Below, in pieces: positions 38,431 through 51,396 of a stretch of DNA of 64,000 nt. Position 1 is the first letter of the stretch; every line of letters begins with the position of its first letter. Below the pieces are notes generated by a model, which saw only the letters and a list, made by a program, of their open reading frames with translations, had not been told where the DNA came from and searched no databases. The DNA is from Gordius albopunctatus. Its lineage: Eukaryota. The translations under genes were made by a program, and so were the position numbers. The stretch covers positions 20,150,001 to 20,214,000 of the forward strand of contig OZ193909.1 of the NCBI GenBank assembly GCA_964276515.1, read 5' to 3'.

Positions 38431-39305
38431 ATTGCTATGCAATTTATGGGCTCGTTTTTTTTGTCCGTCGTCCACCAAGTTATTTACAACGGCTTCATGA
38501 CCTGGAGGTTTTAGTCGAGACCCGGAGAGGACAAAATTTTTATTCTTTTTTTAAATTAAATTAATATTTTGTTCTTGTTAATACCATTGATAATATGACT
38601 TTTTGACCGTCCGCAGGCTACTGACCAATGAAAATAATGACCACTGGCCAAATAAATCGAAATTTTTAATTTTTCGTTTTTGAATAGGTTAACATTGATA
38701 ATTACCCTATGTCCTCCCCTACAAGGGCCTATGCCTCTATTGATATGGTTCCCTGTTCCCCTCCAAAGGCTTATGCCTCTATTTAATGTGGGTTTGAATC
38801 CCGGCGAACGTTCTAAATTGCTGATTCGAGACCCGGAGAGGACAAATTTTTTTTAAATTAAATTAATATATTGTTCTTGTTAATACCATTGATAATATGA
38901 CTTTTTGACCGTGTTCTGGCTACTGACCATTGAAAAAAATTACCATTGGCCAAAAAAAAATATATATAATTGCTATGCAATTTTTATGCTTGTTCCTGTT
39001 ACTACCATTGCTATTATAACTTTTTGGCCGTCCGCTGGCTGCTGACCAATGGAAAAATGACCATTGGCCAAAGTGAGCATCAAAAAATTTTTTTCAGTTT
39101 TTTTTGGCTATCATTGACTTATAGAGTATCTGTTGGTACTGACCAATGGAAAAAAATGACCATTGGCCAAAATGTGAATCGAAATTTTTTTTTCGTTTTT
39201 TTTGACTCGTATGTATTTATAGACCATCTCTGGGACTGACCAATGGAAAAAAATGACCATTGGCCAATTTTCGTTTTTTTTTTAACTCGTATGTATTTAT
39301 AGACC
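38431..39305 (+). mobile_element. 5' part of a Helentron/HINE-like element
   Basis: Begins TTGCTATGCAATTTATGGGCTCG; near mirror image of 42130-42870. Confidence 0.55.
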
Positions 39306-40552
39306 GTTGTAATGATCTGAAACGTTTACATTCCCCCCTCCCAAAGATGCATCAAGATTTTAAGAATTTGAAAGATTACGAAGCATCTACTACAATTGCT
39401 ACACTGAAATAAAAATAGATCGAAAAAACTCTCGAGTACCCCCTTCCCCCAATAACTTGATCTTACTTTAATTACTCAACATTGGAATTTAATGGGTTTT
39501 CTGAGGGAAACGGATAAATCGTATAGAGAGGATGACTTTGTAAATTTTTAAATACTCATTTCTTTATTTCCAATACACCATCTACAAACTTAATCATTAA
39601 CACTTAATAGAGCGTGCATCATTTTAAATTCACAAAAGGTAATTATTAATTTACTTCAATAAAATAATTTGTATTTTAAACTTATTTAAGATTTCGAATC
39701 TTCTAGAAAGATAATCCTTTTACGCTATTTACATTAAATTCATTTAGCACTTCTAGCTTAAGCTTAGTTTTTACTCTAAATTCACAAATAGCGACTAAAT
39801 AAATTCTCTATATTTTTTCCCCTTAAATATCAAAGCCAAAACAAAAAATTGCATAGCAATTAATATTACGCCAAAATAAAGTAAATAAAAATTAAAGAAA
39901 AGCCTATTAAGTCCGAATACTCTTGAGGTGCCCGTCTGACCATATAAAAACAAGCTGTCGGCAAGGCTCGGGGTTTTTTATGAGTCAAGGACGGCAATCG
40001 TTTTAACAAACATCTGTTACATAACTAATCCGACCAAATATTTATGTTGAATTCATGTTGAATTATTTAATTACATTTACCTTTAAATATTATAAAAAGG
40101 GGGGGGGGGGGTATTCTTAATTTTTGTAAAAAAAACACTATAACGCCTTTATGAATACTTAATTTTTTGCAGTATTTTTGTCATTTAATATTTATTTTTT
40201 TTCAACTCACATTAATTTTTGTCTACCACTATATCATTTATAATAATAATTTTTCATTTATTTAAAGGGTAAAACCAATTTGACCACAAAAAATGACCGC
40301 AAATGTTTGAGGTTTTTAATTAAAATATTTCGATAGAGAATTTTTTAGAAACAAAATGCACCAAAATTGAGTGAATAACGCTATATTGTCAATAAAAGTT
40401 TAATCGATAAAACGCTCGCGAACGTGATTTCGTCCCTTAAAACCTCTATAATTTAAAAAGTATTGGCCCAAAATAGATGTAATAAATGAGACCTACACCC
40501 TCGGCAAAAATAATCCTGATCGAAGATGGTGATGCAAAAATCGTCTCTTTTA

Positions 40553-41100
40553 ATTGGTATGCAATTTATGAGCTCGTTTTTGGTTGTCCGTCCGTCCTCC
40601 AAAGTTCTGACTTGCTGGTTTTTGAATTGGTTTACATTGATAATTACCCTATGTCCTCCACTACAAGGGCCTATGCCTCTACTGATATGGGTCCCTGTGC
40701 CCCTACAAAGGCTTATGCCTCTATTAATGTGGGTTCGAATTCCGGTATTAAATTAATATATTGTTCTTGTTAATACCATTGATAATATGACTTTTCGATC
40801 GTCCGCTGGCTGCTAACCAATGGAAAAAAATGACAATGGCCAAATTTGAGATTTGAAATTTTTTTTTTCGTTTTTTTTTAAATTGGTTACCATTAATATT
40901 TACCCTATGCCCGTCAGTCCAATTATTTTGCATTTAATACCCCCCTATAGGGATTCTTGCCCCTCCCCACCTTTCTCGCCCATAAATTGCATAGCAAATA
41001 TGCTACTTTTATACAGAGTATAGAAGAGTTACCCCTTCCCCCCTTCCCCCACTCCCATTGCCCCCTTCCCCTTCCCACGAGGGCCGAAGGCCCGAGTTAT
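40553..41100 (+). mobile_element. Helentron/HINE-like element with asymmetric inverted repeats and a 3' hairpin
   Basis: 5' ttggtatgcaatttatg; subterminal complement cataaattgcatagcaa (40981-40997); terminal hairpin gggcc-gaa-ggccc (~41081-41093). Confidence 0.55.
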
Positions 41101-41197
41101 ATTTACTAATTTATATTTAGTACTATCTAATATTAAGTTAACTACTAATGTGTTATAGATTTGAGAGCCAACTATTTAATATGAAATCTTTGTTATT

Positions 41198-42872
41198 AAA
41201 CACGGGCCTTCGGCCCTCGTGGGAAGGGGAGGGGGAACGAAACTCATCTATACTCAGTAGAAAAGTAGCATATTTGCTATGCAATTTATGGGCGAGAAAG
41301 GTGGGAAGGGGCGAGAATGCCTATAGGGGGGTATTAAATCCAAAATAATGACTAGTCAATTATTTATAAAAAAATTTCCATCACTTTGGCCAGTGGTCAT
41401 TTTTTTATTTGTCAGTAGCCAGCAGACGGTCAAAAAGTAATATTATCAATCGTATTAACAAAAAAAGATTATTAATTAAGAAATAAAAAATAAAAAATTT
41501 TGTCCTCTCTGGAATTCGAACCCACATCAGTAGAGGTATAGGCTTTTGTAGGGACACAGGGACCCATATCAGTAGAGGCGTAGACCCTTGTAGGGGAGGG
41601 CATAGGGTAATTGTCAATGGTAACCTAATAAACCAATTCAAAAAATAAATTCGAATCACAATTTGGCCAATGGTCATTTTTTTATTGGTCAGTAGACAGC
41701 GGACGGCCAAAAAGTCACATTATCAATGGTATTAGCTAGATTTGTTAAATTGCTAACTTTCTTCGACTCCAGCTACCATCTGCTCGAGTTTCTGCTCGGT
41801 CCTCGAGCATTTCTATATGCTAATGTTCTACCTAGTGCACCAAACAGAGAGCACATATTGTGCTAACGCGCATATTAAGCAACTCAGTGTGCGTGCGCGC
41901 GTCTGGAATTTGAAGAAAGTTAGCAATTTAACAACTCTAGTATTAACAGGAACAATATATTAATTTAATTTAAAAAGATTTGAACCAGCAATTAAGAATT
42001 TTCCCTCGCCGGGATTCGAAGCCACATTTGCAGGCATAAGCCTTTGTAGGGGACCAGGGACCGATATCAGTAGAGGCATAGGCCCTTGTAGGGGAGAGCA
42101 TAGGGTAATTATCAATGTCAACCAATTCAAAAACGAAAAAAAAAATTCGATTTATTTGGCCAATGGTCATTTTTTCCATTGGTCAGTACCAACAGATACT
42201 CTATAAGTCAATGATAGCCAAAAAAACGGAAAAAAAATTTTTGATCCTCACTTTGGCCAATGGTCATTTTTCCATTGGTCAGCAGCCAGCGGATGGCCAA
42301 AAAGTCATAATAGCAATGGTAGTAACAGGAACAATCATAAAAATTGCATAGCAATTATATATATTTTTTTTGGCCAATGGTAATTTTTTTCAATGGTCAG
42401 TAGCCAGAACACGGTCAAAAAGTCATATTATCAATGGTATTAACAAGAACAATATATCAATTTAATTTAAAAAAAAATAAAAATTTTGTCCTCTCCGGGT
42501 CTCGAACCAGCAATTTAGAACGTTCGCCGGGATTCAAACCCACATTAAATAGAGGCCTAAGCCTTTGGAGGGGAACAGGGAACGATATCAATAGAGGCAT
42601 AGGCCCTTGTAGGGGAGGGCATAGGCTAATTATCAATGTTAACCTATTCAAATACGAAAAAAAATTCGATTTATTTAGCCAATGGTCATTTTTTCATTGG
42701 TCAGTAGCCAGCGGAAGGTCAAAAAGTCATATTATCAATGGTATTAAAAAGAACAAAATATTAATTTAATTTAAAAAAAAATTTGTCCCCTCCGGGGATT
42801 GAAAGCCGGTTTAAATACACTGGAGGACAACGGACGGACAACAAGAAACGAGCCCATAAATTGCATAGCAAT
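41198..42872 (-). mobile_element. Longer Helentron/HINE-like copy, tail-to-tail with the 40553-41100 copy
   Basis: Same termini on the minus strand: cataaattgcatagcaa at ~42855-42871, ttgctatgcaatttatg at 41274-41290 and gggccttcggccc hairpin at ~41204-41216. Confidence 0.55.
41737..41939 (+). mobile_element. 203-bp hAT MITE
   Basis: TIR TAGA(G/T)TTGTTAAATTGCTAACTTTC; 8-bp TSD gtattagc/gtattaac (7 of 8 match); close copy at 60175-60377. Confidence 0.9.
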
Positions 42873-42890
42873 TAAAAAACCTTTTCTATA

Positions 42891-45231
42891 TAGTGATGCG
42901 GAAAAACCGAGAAAAATCTCGGTCTCGTTTCGTCTCGAAAAAACCAAGACGAGACGAGACGAGAATTTGAAAAATGGAGTCAAGATCGAGACATGAATTT
43001 TGATGCCAAGACCAGACGATACGAGATTTTTTCGGCGAGATCTCGACTTTTTATTGATCGTTAGATTTTAGTAAATTATTGTGTATTTTAATTTAATTTG
43101 CATGATTTACATTATTAAGTGTAGATCAATATATATGGAATATATTTGATATAAAAAAATTTCTAAGTGTTATGGGATTACCTAATTAGAATAGTGGTAC
43201 CTTTATAATTTAGATATCACGTTGTTCACATTCCTTCTTACTCGATGAATACACACTATTCATACTCCTCCTTATTCTATTCATAATGATTATAATTTGA
43301 ATAGCCCCCAACTACCTTACGAGTTATGTATATTAACTTCGATAGATGGTATATAAACTAATGCGTAGCGATCGAATCATTATATTGTATCTTTTGGTTT
43401 GATATTAATAAAGTTCCTTTAGTTAGAACAAAGTAGGCCAAAACCCCTACAGTGTAATAATATTATATATTTTTGCAAAAATGTTAAAATTTGATAATCA
43501 TTTACCTAAGTTTGGTTGACCCTTAGGATATGTGAATAATTTTATAATATATTTATCACATATTTGTATTCATAGCATTATTAAATATTTAAAATTTTAG
43601 GCTTATAATGAGTTCTAATGGAATAGTAAATACTACTAAAGCATAATGATGCGGTAATTATAAATTGGTGGTCAATCAGTTTGAATAATTAAACAAATTA
43701 AGCTAAGGTGGCTTGAGATTTTTGAGCACCCGCCTAACGATTTCAAAAGTACAATATAGTATTTAATGACACCCTAATAGATTAAATCTTAAATTATGAG
43801 TTTTCTAGAAGTTTTTGTGATTTAAGTAATAGTATACCTCTCAAATTTTTGCACCTTAATAAGACATTATGTGAATACATAGTTTTGTCATATGCATTAC
43901 TTTTCACATTATAACATTTAATTTCTAATATTGTGCAATACAAACAAAATACACAAACCCTTATTTTACTAGATAAATTACTATTTAACGGCAATGTTAG
44001 TTAGATTGGAAGGTAATTAATTAGAATACAAATTTGATCTTAATGAATTTTGCAATAAAATTAAATACGAGCCACTTTGCGGTTTATAATATTATAGTAA
44101 ACATGCAATAAACAGAACTATAATTGATGATATAAACAGATCTATAATTGATGATGGTGATATCGTCTATTTGAAGCTTAAGCGGGGTTAATAAAGGATC
44201 TCAATTTGCTCAATTATGCAACTAAGTCAACTATAAGCAAACTTATTTATATAAACGCAACTTCTGGTTTTAAATCCTTTATTCTAATAAATCAAATTGT
44301 ACAACCGGGTTATAACAATGTAAATCAATAAAGAATCAGACAATGATTTTCGTTATATAAATGTATGGATTGGACGATGACCGTGGAGAAATTGCCGTGA
44401 GATCCATCTGTTAGAATTAGTGACATCTACGAGTAATTATAGGTGTTGGACAAGGGGGACAGTTTGGTTCTTCGTTCATGCTACCGCTAGACTAACGTGA
44501 TCTAAAGATGGAGATAAAATATCCCTCCCGCCCCACACGACTAACGAGTAGAAAACAAAAAAATAACTGCTTCGGCAGGACTAAATAACAAATTAAATAA
44601 CTGATTCTATCATGGCAAAATGCCCGCTATTTAAACATTGTCGATGCCCTCCTCATTTGAATGAGGGATGCTTCCCGACAGTTCGATATACTGCACGTCT
44701 CCACTAACTTAACGCCTGCCATTTGCATATTCGTTTACAGAATATTTTACTCGCACACCCATTACTTTGCCTTATTTCTCTCACTTATTTGCATAAGCGT
44801 AAAGGCATCTACAACACTCATAATTTTCTAAGTCTATTTATAGTTTACAAACACAGTGAATTTGATAAAAATGTTATGATTTGCTAGCAAAATAAAATTT
44901 AATTTTCTAAACTTTAAATTTATATATAGTTTTTTAGGCTACACTTTCCACGGATAATGTTATCTTTATGAATTAATTTATACCTTGATATTTTCAACAA
45001 GATGTCGTGTCCCTCTAAATCTTTAAAAGTTTGTGAATTAAAGCTTTTCAAAAAAATATAAAAGTTTGCCATTTGGATTTTTTAACACTTATTTAATATT
45101 TTTAATAAAACAAGAGAAATCTTTATTATGTATATTTTTTTAAAAAGTCGAGACGAGATCGAGGTTTTTATAATCGCTCCCGAGACGAGACGAGATTTTG
45201 TTTTCGAAACCGAGAGGAGATTGAGGGACTA
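42891..45231. mobile_element. Non-autonomous hAT-type element
   Basis: TAG...CTA termini, CGAGA subterminal repeats at both ends, perfect 8-bp TSD TTTCTATA (42883-42890, 45232-45239). Confidence 0.75.
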
Positions 45232-45410
45232 TTTCTATATAGCTAATTATTATATATTTATTATAATATTAATGTTTTATGTTGTTGTATTAAATTAAAT
45301 TTTTACATACAACTATTTTTTAATATTAATTTTATGCTTTAGATTTAGTTTCTAATTTGTCAAACGATTGAAAAGGATAAAAATTCGGATCGTTGGACAT
45401 GATTTCTTTT

Positions 45411-46859
45411 GGCCATGGCTACACCTACCATTTATTTTAGTAAGCGCAACCATTTTCAAAAATGCGTTTCTTATAATTACCATTTTCCGATCAACAAATG
45501 TTCGTATTATGATATCGTTGTTTACAAATAAATTGCGCATTTTTTTTGTTTGATTTCAATCGCCTAGGGTTATTCAATTGTATAAAGATGGTAAGTACAA
45601 TTTTTTAAAAAGTATTAAACTTTTGGACATTATTTCAAATCAATATTTGATTTTCTGAAAGCTTAGACAAAATTTGAAAACAAAATATTCACCAATTTGT
45701 CATTAGACAAAGATGAATATGCTCAAGATATAATAACAAGATTTAAATAAAAATCAATAAAATATTGATGTGTTAAAGGGGGGGGGGAGGAAGTAAAGAT
45801 TTGCACAAATCAAAGAACACCAAAAAATATTTTCAAAATTTCTAGAGGTAATATTTAAAATGGTGATTTTTAAACTATTTTCTATAGATGGTATTCATTA
45901 ATATGTATTTCATTGGTATTGAACATTTCAAAGCTAATATGTTAGAGTGTAGAGTCCCTGAAATCTTCAGAATGGCAAGTAATATAAATTTTATCGTTTT
46001 AAATTCATAATAAAGATTTATGCAATCCTCAACAATCCAACATAGATACTAATAATTATGATGTTAGTGATTGTCAACATCCCTTTCTAAAAAGTAATTA
46101 CATTTAAATGCTGTAAACTTTTTAGGTATTGAAAATAGATTCGAGTCTATTAAAATGCCTCCAAAGTTTAGGAAAGGCAATGTTAGATTGAAAAAGGACA
46201 CTAGTAAATTAATATATATTAATTATTTTATACAATTTTTTTATGTTTAATCTTTAAGCAGAAAAGCAAACCTATTGAAGTGCAAAAAACTCTTCCACCT
46301 GTGTTAAAATTCCCAAATTTATTAAAATGATGTATACATTTTGATATTATTATTTATGGTTAATAAAACATGCATTTTATACTAAATTATTTATTACAGT
46401 CTTTTATCAATTTATTAGTGATGTTGATATTATCAAATATTAAGTTAAAAACAATCAAAATCAAATACTAATTGTCTAGAAACTCAATATTTATTTCTAA
46501 ATTATGGACAAATGTTGATATCATCAAATATTACATCATTTTTTAAATATATTAAAAACAAGAGCAAATGGTAAAGGATTCTTTGAATCTGTCTCTATTT
46601 CAGGAATATTAGCTTGAGAATCTAAATTTAAAATTTATATACTTTTGTATAATTTAATGAATCCCAAGAAGTGGATTTTAAAGTTGTTTTTAGATATAGG
46701 GTATTCTCTTGTTTGTATGTATGTCCATGTTGTTTTACAAATGGCTATTTTTGCCACGTAAACAAACAAATTCGAACTTGTTCGTGATCGTAATTATAAG
46801 AAACGCATTTTTGAAAATGGTTGCGCTTACTAAAATAAATGGTAGGTGTAGCCATGGCC
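45411..46859. mobile_element. Non-autonomous DNA transposon with GGCC termini and ~70-bp perfect TIRs (possibly PIF/ISL2EU-related)
   Basis: ggccatggctacacctacc...cttataattac (45411-45480) is mirrored at 46790-46859; the superfamily is inferred from the termini only. Confidence 0.75.
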
Positions 46860-47269
46860 ATACCCTTTTGGCCAAAAGTGAACGCAAAGGCGGCTTACCG
46901 CTTCTGCACAGCCTCTGGAATGTCCATCGGTTGGAAAACCAATCAAATTCAACCAAATATTTGCTCCGAGTAATGTCATAACACTAGCATCATGGTCATA
47001 ACACTATCAGTAAGTGTCATAACATAAAAGTTAGATAACTTATCATTTAATAACAAAATAGATCCATTTTATTTTATATTACCTATCTGTTTGATGTAAA
47101 CAAGTGAAAGAAGGCAAAGAAAATATTTTATCAACGATTTTATAGATTATGACAAGATAAAAGTTAGATAATTTATCATTTTATAACAAAATAGATCTAT
47201 TTTAAATTTATATTTTTACATTTTATTTTTTGTATGTTTAATAGGATTTTAACAATATGAGTCATTTTC

Positions 47270-47622
47270 AAATATATTAACATTGCATTTATTTATACAT
47301 GTTAGATCATACTAATTCTGTGGGATCTTGTGCAATAATGCCTCGGATGCCTATACAAGTCCCAGTCCAAACATTTGCTCATGCAAGTACATTAACATTG
47401 CATTTATTTATACATTTTAGATCAAACTAATTCTGTGATCTTGTGAAGTAATGCCTAGGATGCCTATACAAGTCCCAGTCCAAACATTTGCTCATCCAAG
47501 TATATTAGCATTGAATTTATTTATACATTTTAAATCATAATAATTCTGTGGGATATTGTACAATAATGCCTCGGATGCCTATACAAGTCCCAGTCCAAAC
47601 AAGTATATTAGCATTGAATTTA
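47270..47622 (+). repeat. ~120-bp tandem repeat, about 3 copies
   Basis: Recurring ggatgcctatacaagtcccagtccaaaca at ~47345, ~47458 and ~47573. Confidence 0.85.
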
Positions 47623-48659
47623 ATTTTACTTTAACACTTTTACATATAGTAATTTTACAATGTTCTAAATTATTTATTTCTAGATAATATTTCACTTGAA
47701 GAAGCTATGCTCTTAGTGGATGTTACAAATCAAATGGAATCAACAGCCATTTGTAGGGGTGTTAGTGTGATTTTATTAAAACATTATAAATAAAATTGTT
47801 TGAATGTCAGATGGGAAATTTTTAAAGTGAAAAAGAAATTAACTTGAGTTGTTTTACAATTATAATTATTATTTAACTCTTCATTAATTTAAAGTATATG
47901 ATAATTGTAATTTATACCATATCTTATACCATTTGTCTTATATCATCTAAATTATTTGATAATTTTTGGGTATATGCTCTAAGAATAAAATTGACATATG
48001 AATAAATTTTAAGAGTTAGAAGAAATTAAATTTGGATGTTTTGACATAGATATGATTGTTATATATGAGAGGAATAAACATTTACGTTTTGGAATCATGT
48101 ATTTCAAATTTCATTCAAAATATAAATCTAAGTCAAAATGTTGTAAATGCTAAAAACTTTGAGAACAATATCAATGTATGCTATATATATATAGAATGCA
48201 AACAAATAGTTTATTTACAATGCTAAAATAACATTAATTTTTTATCATGCACTCTTTAAATTGGTACCTTTCAATTATTTAAAAGTATTGGGTATCTGAC
48301 AAAAGTGTTTTCAAAGACAACATGTCACGTTCCTCCTCTTATAAGCACTTACATTTCTCAATATCTATGAATCATCTAATGTCGTTTTGTGGGTGTTTCC
48401 ATACAAACCCTTTTCATAAAGTATCTATAATTATGAAACTGTCATTTTTTTCCTTCTCCAGATCTTGTGCTAATATAGAACATTATAAAATATTATATAA
48501 AAACTACACATATAATTATAAAAATATATAAGATTAACCCCGCGTTCGTGATGACGAGCGAAGCGAAAAAAAGCGAAGCGAATTTTGTTTCGCGAAATTG
48601 TTTAAGCAATTCGCAGGCGATCGTCGTTCATAATGCGTGCGATTTAATTCGCTTATAAT

Positions 48660-49880
48660 ATGGTTTCACACCTAACGTTTAAATACTTATATTTATATTC
48701 TGCTATGAAAAAAAAATATTAATAAGATCAATGTTAATAGGGTCAAAGAAAGTGAATATTACACTACTTTTCCTAAATTAGTGAACTCTCCAGTGAAATT
48801 CTTCAATTATTTTAGGATGAGCAAGGTATAATAATGAATTAATTAGTTTTCATTATTTATAGGAAACTTTTTATTATATATTAGAAAAAATAACTACCAA
48901 GATAAAATCACAGAGAAGAAATTATGCTTATTATATTTCACCCGAAGAAAAATTAATGATAACTATCAGGTAAGCATTATCAATTTTTTAACACATCTTA
49001 TTTTAGATATCTGGCTTGTGGAAATTCTTATCCATCAATAAGCTATTCACACAAGATAGGAATATCAACTATACATTATATTTTGATTGAAACATGTAAT
49101 GCAATATCCTCCATTTTTCAACCAATACATTTGAAGTCTCCATCTTTGCAAGATTTTGAAAATATAGCTCAAGATTTCTATAAATCATGGAATTTCCCTA
49201 ATTGAATAGGTGCTCTTGATGGTAAGCACTCTGAGATAAAAAAGCCTTCAAATTCTGGAAGTACATTTTATAATTACAAGCACTATTTTTCAATAGTTTT
49301 GCAAGCAGTAGTTGATGCTAAGTATAGATTTATAGCTGTTGATGTTGGCAGTAGAGGTAGTCAATCAGATGGAGGTATATTTTCCAACTCAAATTTATTT
49401 AAACAATTGGAAAATGGTTTATTACCTATTCCTCACCCCAAGAAGTTGCCAAACTCAAATATTATAGTTCCCCATGTGTTTGTGGCAGATGATGCCTACC
49501 CACTAAAAACTTATATCATGAAGCCCTTTAAAGGTTTGGGCACCTATTCCATCAGACACTTTAATTATAGGCTTTCTAGAGCTAGAAGGCTTGTTGAGTG
49601 TGCATTTGGTATACTCTCCTCCAAATGGAGGATTTTAGGGAGACCAATCTATACCAAAACGCCTACAACTGATTTAATAATAAAAACCTGTGTGATTTTA
49701 CACAACTTGATAATTGATAAAGAAAATCCTAATATCCCCTTTGATCTATCAAAGGATCTAAAAGCAAAAGATCAAGGATTCTTTCACCCACAATCCTTGA
49801 AAAATTCCACTCATGAAGCTTAACATATTCGCCAATTGTTTTGCAATTTTTTTGATAATAATATTTTAGAATGGAAAAAA
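48660..49880 (+). pseudogene. Harbinger DDE transposase (spliced; premature TGA at 49203-49205)
   Basis: FFNYFRMS, ISPEEKLMITIRYLACG, WNFPN*IGALDGKH, FYNYKHYFSIVLQAVVDA, SDGGIF, ADDAYP, FNYRLSRARRLVECAFGILSSKWRIL. Confidence 0.9.
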
Positions 49881-49934
49881 TTTTAATTCCTTTTGTAACT
49901 GTATTATTTATAAATAAGATATATAATAAAGTTT

Positions 49935-50687
49935 TTATTCATCATCTGACATAAACGATAAGCATAGCATCATTATATTTTTAGATAATTTTTCTCTGCC
50001 CTTGTCAGATCTTTTGTTCAGTGTTTCCTCACCTACAGCTAGGACAGCTGGTTTGTTCTGCTTTGTGACTTCAAGATCTAAAAGCTTCTCCAAAAAGCTG
50101 TTTTCTGCACTCTTCTTTCTTTTCTTTTCAATATTTGGAGTTGGAGGTTCTATATGAATATTAATTAATATAAGCTTTATTAATTTACCATTTTCCTTGT
50201 TATTTTCCTTGTAACTAGATGAAGTATCAGAACATATGCTATCTAGGTTAAATGATAGATTTTCTCCAAACATTATTGAGTCATCTAGACTTGACCATTG
50301 ACTCCTAGGTTCTAAGGTAGGTCTTAGAAAGTCCATCACAGTAAAATAAGGCCAATAAGAAGTGGTCAAACCACTTCCACTCTTAAGATTTTTGGCCTTA
50401 TTCAACTCTTTCATGTATGTATCTCTAAGATTCTTCCATCGTACTTTTATATCTTCACCTAAACAAATTAAATTAGGATTTAAAGTTATATTATTAGTTG
50501 AGACCAAATATTTTTTGGCTAATTTATCAAATTCTTCATTTTTTTTTGAATATCCTTATATTCTTCATGGAATTTATCATATATCATTGGTATATCCCTA
50601 ATATCATTAATCAGATCGAAATTATGCTATAAACATATAAAATTATATAGAAAATACATAACATATCAAATTCAATTTTTTCCCCAT
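49935..50687 (-). CDS. Harbinger Myb/SANT-like (MADF) DNA-binding protein, spliced, possibly degenerate
   Basis: LINDIRDIPMIYDKFHEEYKD, KVRWKNLRDTYMKEL..KSGSG....WPYFTVMDFL. Confidence 0.8.
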
Positions 50688-51396
50688 CGCGCGAAAAGTA
50701 CAAAATGAGTTGTATCTTATTTTGTTCGCTTTTTGCCGCGTGCGAAAATAATCGTCTGCGATTTCACTATGAACGCCTTCTATTTAATTAATACATTTGT
50801 TATTTTCGTGCGAATTAATTCACAATTCGCGCGGCATCACGAACGCGGGGTAAGATAGCAATAGGTCTGTGCGAATTTAGATAAGCCATTGCTATACTTA
50901 TACAAATAATATAAGGTTATCCACGAAATTAAGCATTTTGTTCACATGTTATAGACATAATTATTTATAAACTTTAAGTAAAATTAAATTTACAATGACT
51001 CTTTATATGTTAGCAATCGCATAAATATCAGTTTATTAGATATAAAACTTTATACATGATCATATTATAAAAAATTAAATCATATATTGTTATATAACAA
51101 ACTAATATATTTTTATCTATAGTCTTGACAGGCAACTGTTTAATATCAATACATTGTTATTATAAAACCTTTACTATATACTTAATTAATATAAATTAAA
51201 TTTTTACATTCAATTATTTTTTAATATTAATTTTATGCTTTAGATACATTGTCTAATTTGTTAACGATTCCAGAGGCTACATTTCCAGACGTTGCACATG
51301 ATTCCGGCTTACCACGAAAATTTTTATATTTTAAAGTGCTTATTAAAACATTAAAATTTTGTTTTTATCTGCTTATTAACCTATAATATAATTTTC

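Larger units (their letters stand above)
48538..50850. mobile_element. PIF/Harbinger DNA transposon with two convergent genes
   Basis: TIRs CCCCGCGTTCGTGATG / CATCACGAACGCGGGG; TAA TSD; HARBI1-like transposase (+) and MADF gene (-). Confidence 0.92.

Noticed and set aside
40725..40750. tRNA gene suggested by GGGTTCGAAT
   Set aside because: Only a T-arm/B-box-like motif inside a repeat; no cloverleaf could be built.
43168..43451. Solo LTR (TG...CA with AATAAA)
   Set aside because: No matching TSD and no second copy in the window.
49203..49205. TGA in place of Cys as selenocysteine or a variant genetic code
   Set aside because: Host genes in the window end in TGA normally; a point mutation in a decaying transposase is the simpler explanation.
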